A DNA stretch of 64,000 nt, taken from an uncultured bacterium. GTDB taxonomy: Bacteria > Chloroflexota > Dormibacteria > Aeolococcales > Aeolococcaceae. The position numbers and the translations under genes are program-made. The notes below the pieces were generated by a model, which made no database searches, was not told the origin of the DNA, and saw only the letters and a program-made list of their open reading frames with translations. The stretch covers positions 153,512 through 217,511 of the forward strand of contig CAWJYZ010000003.1 in NCBI GenBank assembly GCA_963847225.1. The letters are read 5' to 3'. This document shows positions 59,396 through 64,000 of the stretch, in pieces (positions within the stretch are counted from its first letter, which is position 1; the number at the start of each line of letters is the position of its first letter).

Positions 59396-59911
59396 ATGGC
59401 GCGTGCCATCGTTCTTCTCGGCCTCATGGGAAGCGGCAAGACCACGGCGGGGAGGCTCCTCGCCAGGCGTCTCGGCCGCCCCTTCGTCGATGGCGACGCC
59501 CGTCTGCAGGTGGTGACCGGAAGGACGGCAGCCGAGATTGGCGAGGAGCGCGGCATCGAGGTCCTCCATCACCTCGAGGTCGAGGTGCTGGCGAGAAGCC
59601 TGAGCGCCCGCCCTGCGCCGGTCATCGCCGCTGCCGCGGCGGTGGTCCTCGACCCAAAGGTCTTGAGCCTCCTCGCCGACGCCTGGTCGGTGTGGCTGCG
59701 CGCCGACGTCAGTGAGCTCGCCGGGCGGCTGCAGGGCGTCCATGACCACCGTCCACTTCCCGGGGGCGACCTCCTGGGGATGCTTCGCGAGATGGCCCGC
59801 ATTCGCGACCCCCTCTACGCCAGCGTCGCCGACCTGACCGTGGACGCCCGGCACACCACCCCGGCGGCGATCGTGCGCCGGATCCTCGAGGCCATGCCCG
59901 CCGGCGTCTGA
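59396..59911 (+). CDS. aroK: shikimate kinase
   Basis: 171 aa. The start MARAIVLLGLMGSGKTTAGRLLARRLGRPFVDGD (P-loop) is the shikimate kinase N-terminal pattern. Confidence 0.85.
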   Translation: MARAIVLLGLMGSGKTTAGRLLARRLGRPFVDGDARLQVVTGRTAAEIGEERGIEVLHHLEVEVLARSLSARPAPVIAAAAAVVLDPKVLSLLADAWSVWLRADVSELAGRLQGVHDHRPLPGGDLLGMLREMARIRDPLYASVADLTVDARHTTPAAIVRRILEAMPAGV

Positions 59912-60092
59912 GGCCCGGCAGTTGTCCGCCCCAACTCTTAAGCGGTGCCGCCCTGCTTCTTCATCCGCGGATGCCCAAGCTGTGGGTGTCGATCCGACAC
60001 CCCTCTCCGTGCAGCACCCGGGCCGGACCTGCCGGTCCGGGTGTTTGTGAGCCAGGATGCGGCGCCCACGCCCGGGCTGTATCGTCCCGGCT

Positions 60093-61334
60093 ATGACGGG
60101 CACGGCCACCCTGGCACTGATGAGCGTCGCCGAGGCGAGAGCACGGCTCCTCGAGCTCGTCGGCGCGCGTGTGACCGAGGAGGAGCAGGTCCCCCTGGGC
60201 GAGGCCGGAGGGAGGGTTCTCGCCCGCGCGGTGACGGCCGCCTGGCCGATCCCGGGCTGCGACAACTCGGCGATGGATGGCTACGCGGTGCGCGCGGCCG
60301 ACTGCGGCGGGGCCAGCCAGGCGGAGCCGCTGCGCCTTGCCGTGAGCGGCGAGGCACGCACCGGAGCCCCGCTCCGCCGCCTCCCCGCGGGGACGGCGAT
60401 GGCCATCGCCACGGGCGGCCCCATCCCCGACGGCGCCGACTCCGTGATTCCTGTGGAGGAGACACGTGAGGACGGTCCGGACAGGGTGCTCATCCTGGCC
60501 GTCCCGCGGGCGGGCGACCACGTCCGCCGCGCTGGAGGGGATGCGCCGGCGGGGACGGCTCTCGTGCCGCCGGGCCGGCGGCTGCGCCCGGTGGATCTCG
60601 CCGCCTGCGCCGCGGCGGGGGCGGCATCTGTCTGGGTACGCCGCCGGCCGCGGGTGGCCCTTCTCTCCGGCGGCGACGAGCTGGTGCCGCTGGGAGCGAC
60701 CCCCGCCCCGCATCAGGTCACGGACAGCAATTCGGTGATGCTGGCCGCGTCGGTGCGAGCAGCCGGCGGGGAGGTCGTCCCCCTGGGCATCGCCGGTGAT
60801 TCACCCGATGAGGTGCGCCGCCGGCTGGCCGGAACCGCGGGCTGCGACCTCGTCCTCACCAGCGCCGGGGTGAGCGTGGGCCGGCACGACCACGTCCGCG
60901 AGGTCGTCAGCGAGCTGGGCCGGGTCGAGGCCTGGAGGATCGCGATGCGCCCCGGCAAGCCGCTCCTCATCGGCACCCTGGGGGAGATCCCCCTGCTCGG
61001 CCTCCCCGGAAACCCGGCCAGCAGTGCGGTGACCTTCGAGCTCTTCGGGAGGACGGCCATCCTCGCCCTGCAGGGATGCTCGCGGCCGGATCGGCTGCGG
61101 GTCGCGGTGCGTGCCGGGGAGACGATGGATGCGCCGGCTCACCTCGAGACGTACCTCCGCGTGCACCTCGCCGACGGCGAGGACGGCGTTCCGGTGGCGA
61201 CGCTGAGTGGGGCGCAGACGTCGTCGATGCTGCATTCGCTCGCCGGCGCGGATGCGCTGCTCATCGTTCCCGCCGGGATGGGTCGGGTTGAGCGGGGGCG
61301 GCTGCTGGCCGCCATGGTGCTCGACGGATGGTGA
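60093..61334 (+). CDS. moeA: molybdopterin molybdotransferase
   Basis: MoeA domains are present, with GCDNSAMDGYAV, the MogA-like SGGVSVG motif, and a C-terminal MoeA domain. The start is either the ATG at 60093 or at 60120. Confidence 0.85.
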   Translation: MTGTATLALMSVAEARARLLELVGARVTEEEQVPLGEAGGRVLARAVTAAWPIPGCDNSAMDGYAVRAADCGGASQAEPLRLAVSGEARTGAPLRRLPAGTAMAIATGGPIPDGADSVIPVEETREDGPDRVLILAVPRAGDHVRRAGGDAPAGTALVPPGRRLRPVDLAACAAAGAASVWVRRRPRVALLSGGDELVPLGATPAPHQVTDSNSVMLAASVRAAGGEVVPLGIAGDSPDEVRRRLAGTAGCDLVLTSAGVSVGRHDHVREVVSELGRVEAWRIAMRPGKPLLIGTLGEIPLLGLPGNPASSAVTFELFGRTAILALQGCSRPDRLRVAVRAGETMDAPAHLETYLRVHLADGEDGVPVATLSGAQTSSMLHSLAGADALLIVPAGMGRVERGRLLAAMVLDGW

Positions 61335-62602
61335 CCAGCCCGGGGGTGCGGGTGCGCTGCTTCGGTGCCCTGCGCGACCGCCTCGGCGCGGAGCGGCTGG
61401 TGCAGGAGCCGGTGCGCACCGTCCTGGAGCTGTGGACGGTGATTACCCGTGATGCGCCCCAGATTCGCGACGCGCGCCAGCATGTTCGCGTGGCCCGCAA
61501 CCTCGCCTACTGCGATTGGGAGACCGCGCTCGAGAGCGGCGACGAGGTGGCCTTCATGCCGCCCGTCGCCGGTGGGGCGGTGGAAGCGCGCCCCGGTCCC
61601 CTGATCCGCACCGCTCTCGTCGACGAGCCGATCGACGCCGCCCGGCTCACCGCCGAGCTCCGCTCCGACGTCGACGGGGCGATCGCCAGCTTCCTCGGCG
61701 TCGTCCGCGGGTCGACGGATGGGACGGCGGTGTCGCGCCTCGACTATGAGGCCTACCCGGAGATGGCGGGCCGGGAGCTCCGCCGCATCGCCGAGGCGGT
61801 CGCCGCCCGACACGCCCTGAGCGGGCTGGCGCTCGTCCACCGCGTGGGATCGCTGGAGGTCGGGGCGGTGAGTGTCGCGGCCGTGGCTGCCGCTCCCCAT
61901 CGGGGCGCCGCCCTGGACGCCTGCCGGGAAGGGATCGAGATGGTGAAGCGCGACCTGCCGATGTGGAAGCGCGAGCACCGCTCCGACGGCGCGGTGTGGG
62001 TTGACGCTCGCGAGCTCGACCCCGCGTCCACGAAGAGCGGTCCCGGGCCGAGCCATGCCGGCTCGGAAACCGCCGACGGCGGCGCACGGCTCACCCATGT
62101 CGACGGAACCACTGGCGTGCACATGGTCGACGTCAGCGATCGTGCTCCCAGCCTGCGCGAGGCGACCGCCGAGGCGGCGGTGCGCTTCAGCTCCTCCGCC
62201 ACCCTGCAGGCGCTTCGGGAGGGCTCTGCGAAGGGCGACGTTCTGGCTACCGCCCGTTTGGCGGGGATCATGGGAGCCAAGCGGACCCCGGAGCTCATCC
62301 CCCTCTGCCATCCGCTGCCGATCACGCACGTCGACGTGCGCTGCGAACCCGACCCAGCGCTGCCGGGGGTGCGCATCACCGCGTCGGCGCGCTGCGTCGC
62401 CGCGACCGGTGTGGAGATGGAGGCGCTGACGGCGGCGGCCGTCGCCTCGCTCACCGTGATCGACATGCTGAAGGCCGTCGATGCCTGGATCGCCGTGGAA
62501 TCCGTGCAGCTCCTGGCCAAGAGCGGCGGACGCAGCGGGACCCGCCGCCGGCCGGTCACACCGGCACCTCCACCACCGGATCCGGCGCCCGCGGAGGCCT
62601 GA
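61328..62602 (+). CDS. moaDEC: single-ORF fusion MoaD (ThiS-fold, ...FMPPVAGG) - MoaE (molybdopterin synthase large subunit) - MoaC (cyclic pyranopterin monophosphate synthase)
   Basis: The first roughly 83 aa end in the GG typical of MoaD. Residues about 90-230 carry MoaE motifs (GAIASFLGVVRG, EAYPEMAGRELRRIAE, VHRVGSLEVG, MWKREHRSDG). Residues about 265-424 carry MoaC motifs (LTHVDGTTGVHMVDVS, ELIPLCHPLPITHVDV, TGVEMEAL). All three parts lie in one frame with no stops. Confidence 0.8.
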   Translation: MVTSPGVRVRCFGALRDRLGAERLVQEPVRTVLELWTVITRDAPQIRDARQHVRVARNLAYCDWETALESGDEVAFMPPVAGGAVEARPGPLIRTALVDEPIDAARLTAELRSDVDGAIASFLGVVRGSTDGTAVSRLDYEAYPEMAGRELRRIAEAVAARHALSGLALVHRVGSLEVGAVSVAAVAAAPHRGAALDACREGIEMVKRDLPMWKREHRSDGAVWVDARELDPASTKSGPGPSHAGSETADGGARLTHVDGTTGVHMVDVSDRAPSLREATAEAAVRFSSSATLQALREGSAKGDVLATARLAGIMGAKRTPELIPLCHPLPITHVDVRCEPDPALPGVRITASARCVAATGVEMEALTAAAVASLTVIDMLKAVDAWIAVESVQLLAKSGGRSGTRRRPVTPAPPPPDPAPAEA

Positions 62603-62606
62603 GGCC

Positions 62607-63128
62607 GTGGCGGAGCGGACCTGGCGAGCCGCGGTCATCACCGTCAGCGACAGTCGCGCCGCCCACCGCATCGCCGGGGACGAGAGCGGCGATCTGATCG
62701 CCGAGCGCCTGGCCCTGCTCCCCGCCGAGGTGGTGTCGCGCTCCACCGTTCCGGACAGCATCGACAGGATCCAGCGGGCCGTGGAGGACACCGGGAGAGG
62801 CGCCGACCTCATCCTGCTCTCAGGCGGCACCGGTCTCGGTCCGCACGACGTGACGCCTCAGGCTATTGGACCGCTCCTCGACTACGAGGTGCCGGGGATG
62901 GCCGAGGCGATACGGGCCGCGGGCCTTCGAAGCACGCCGCGGGCGATGCTGTCCCGCCAGGTGGTGGGGGTGATGGGCCGGCGTCTCATCATCGCTCTTC
63001 CGGGCAGTCCGCGCGGGGTGGGGGAGGGCCTCGACGCGGTCTGGCCCGCACTCCCTCACGCTCTCGCCCTGCTCGCCGGCGAGACAGCGCATGCGCCGGG
63101 CGGCGCGGCGAGCACCCCGGCATCCTGA
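62607..63128 (+). CDS. moaB: MogA/MoaB-family molybdenum cofactor biosynthesis protein
   Basis: The GTG start at 62607 has a GGAGG ribosome-binding site 9 nt upstream. MogA/MoaB fold motifs are present (ITVSDS, LILLSGGTGLGPHD). Confidence 0.8.
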   Translation: MAERTWRAAVITVSDSRAAHRIAGDESGDLIAERLALLPAEVVSRSTVPDSIDRIQRAVEDTGRGADLILLSGGTGLGPHDVTPQAIGPLLDYEVPGMAEAIRAAGLRSTPRAMLSRQVVGVMGRRLIIALPGSPRGVGEGLDAVWPALPHALALLAGETAHAPGGAASTPAS

Positions 63129-63207
63129 GATCTGGTTCCGAAGGCCAGGCGCTCGGCGCCGACGGGTCGCGGAGTCGCTGGGCTTCGCGCAGTGTTGGGG
63201 GGCGGCG

Positions 63208-64000
63208 TCAGCCGCCGATATACGACATCTCGATGTGCTCGAGCGGCGCGCGGAGGTTGGCCCGAAGCTCCGAGTAGCGGTCATCCCGACCCTGCCAGCG
63301 CCGGGCGACGATGGCGCGCAGCTCCGCGTCATCGGCGCCGCGGCGCAGCGGCTCACGGAGGTCGAGGCCGGCGGTGGCGAAGAGGCAGGTGTAGAGCTTG
63401 CCGTCGGAGCCGAGCCGAGCTCGAGTGCAGTCGCCGCAGAAGGGCACGGTCACCGAGGCGATGATCCCCAGCTCCCCCCTGCCGTCGGCGAAGCGGTAGC
63501 GGCGGGCCACCGCCCCGGGCTCCCGGTCCTCCACCACGAGAGGGTGGATCCGTTCCACGGTGGCGAGGATCTCCTCCGCGGAGACGACGTCGTCGCGGCG
63601 CCAGTCGTTGGAGGTGCCGACATCCATGTACTCGATGAAGCGCAGCTGGAGCCCGCGGGAACGCGCGTAGTCGACGAGGGGAAGGATGGCGGTGTCGTTC
63701 CGACCACGCTGCACGACGCAGTTCAGCTTGACGGGGGCGAGGCCGGCGTCGACCGCTGCATCGATTCCCGCCAGCACCGTCTCGAGTGGCACCGCCGTAT
63801 CGCTCATCGCCGCGAACACCGCCGGATCGAGCGAATCGAGGCTCACCGTCACCCTCTGCAGCCCCGCCTCCCGGAGATCCCGGGCGTGGCGCGCCAGGAG
63901 GGCCCCGTTGGTGGTGAGGGCGAGGTCCTCGAGCTCGAGGCGGCTGAGACCGGCGACGATGTCGAGCAGATCGCGGCGCAACAGCGGCTCTCCCCCGGTG
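63208..64000 (-). CDS. moaA: GTP 3',8-cyclase MoaA, C-terminal part (gene continues beyond window end)
   Basis: The MoaA C-terminal domain is present, with the second [4Fe-4S] Cys motif CGDCTRARL and the typical LTTNG and RFIEYMDVG motifs. The N-terminal radical-SAM part lies beyond 64000. Confidence 0.85.
   Translation of the reverse strand, partial: TGGEPLLRRDLLDIVAGLSRLELEDLALTTNGALLARHARDLREAGLQRVTVSLDSLDPAVFAAMSDTAVPLETVLAGIDAAVDAGLAPVKLNCVVQRGRNDTAILPLVDYARSRGLQLRFIEYMDVGTSNDWRRDDVVSAEEILATVERIHPLVVEDREPGAVARRYRFADGRGELGIIASVTVPFCGDCTRARLGSDGKLYTCLFATAGLDLREPLRRGADDAELRAIVARRWQGRDDRYSELRANLRAPLEHIEMSYIGG

Overview
This is a 64-kb, roughly 70% GC bacterial chromosomal segment with dense, mostly housekeeping coding. 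FtsA is present and the tmRNA tag ends in ALAA. All coordinates below come from reading frames by eye and ORF-track arithmetic, so gene starts are approximate, and no homology searches were possible.

Gene content, in order:
- **Cell-wall and division cluster:** the murG C-terminus (partial), murC, murB, ddl and ftsQ, then ftsA, ftsZ and nrdR. A roughly 5.5-kb accessory block sits between ftsQ and ftsA.
- **The accessory block:** an internally deleted MFS transporter pseudogene behind a perfect sigma70-type promoter, a Ddn-like nitroreductase, metF, two VapBC toxin-antitoxin pairs and a quinone oxidoreductase.
- **Housekeeping run:** ileS, lspA, rluD, gmk, coaBC, priA, def, fmt, smpB, hflX, dnaK, pcm, gatCAB, an rlmD-like methyltransferase, dnaE, lgt, aroK, and a molybdenum-cofactor block (moeA, a single-ORF MoaD-MoaE-MoaC fusion, a mogA/moaB-family gene, and partial moaA).
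- **Unannotated RNA gene:** a tmRNA (ssrA) on the minus strand at about 32370..32746, encoding the tag (A)NDAPALALAA. No CRISPR array, rRNA or tRNA gene was found.

Main caveats and oddities:
- Three conserved genes (ileS, coaBC, priA) each carry a single apparent +1 or -1 frameshift. This pattern points to assembly indels rather than three real pseudogenes, and it lowers trust in other start and stop calls here.
- Other loci worth a second look:
  - an orphan beta-class DNA methyltransferase with a DinB/DUF664 gene near ssrA;
  - a ParA/MinD-like ATPase with a roughly 330-aa Pro/Ala-rich N-terminus, in a minus-strand operon with a small methyltransferase, lgt and yggT;
  - a Kelch-repeat membrane protein next to ybjQ;
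  - a HIT and GalT-like divergent pair with a tiny basic ORF between them;
  - a three-copy hairpin repeat family (GTTCCTCAT core);
  - a 19-bp perfect palindrome terminator;
  - a short duplicated fragment of the pcm 3' end.
- The GC-rich background produces many long spurious antisense ORFs, which I rejected.
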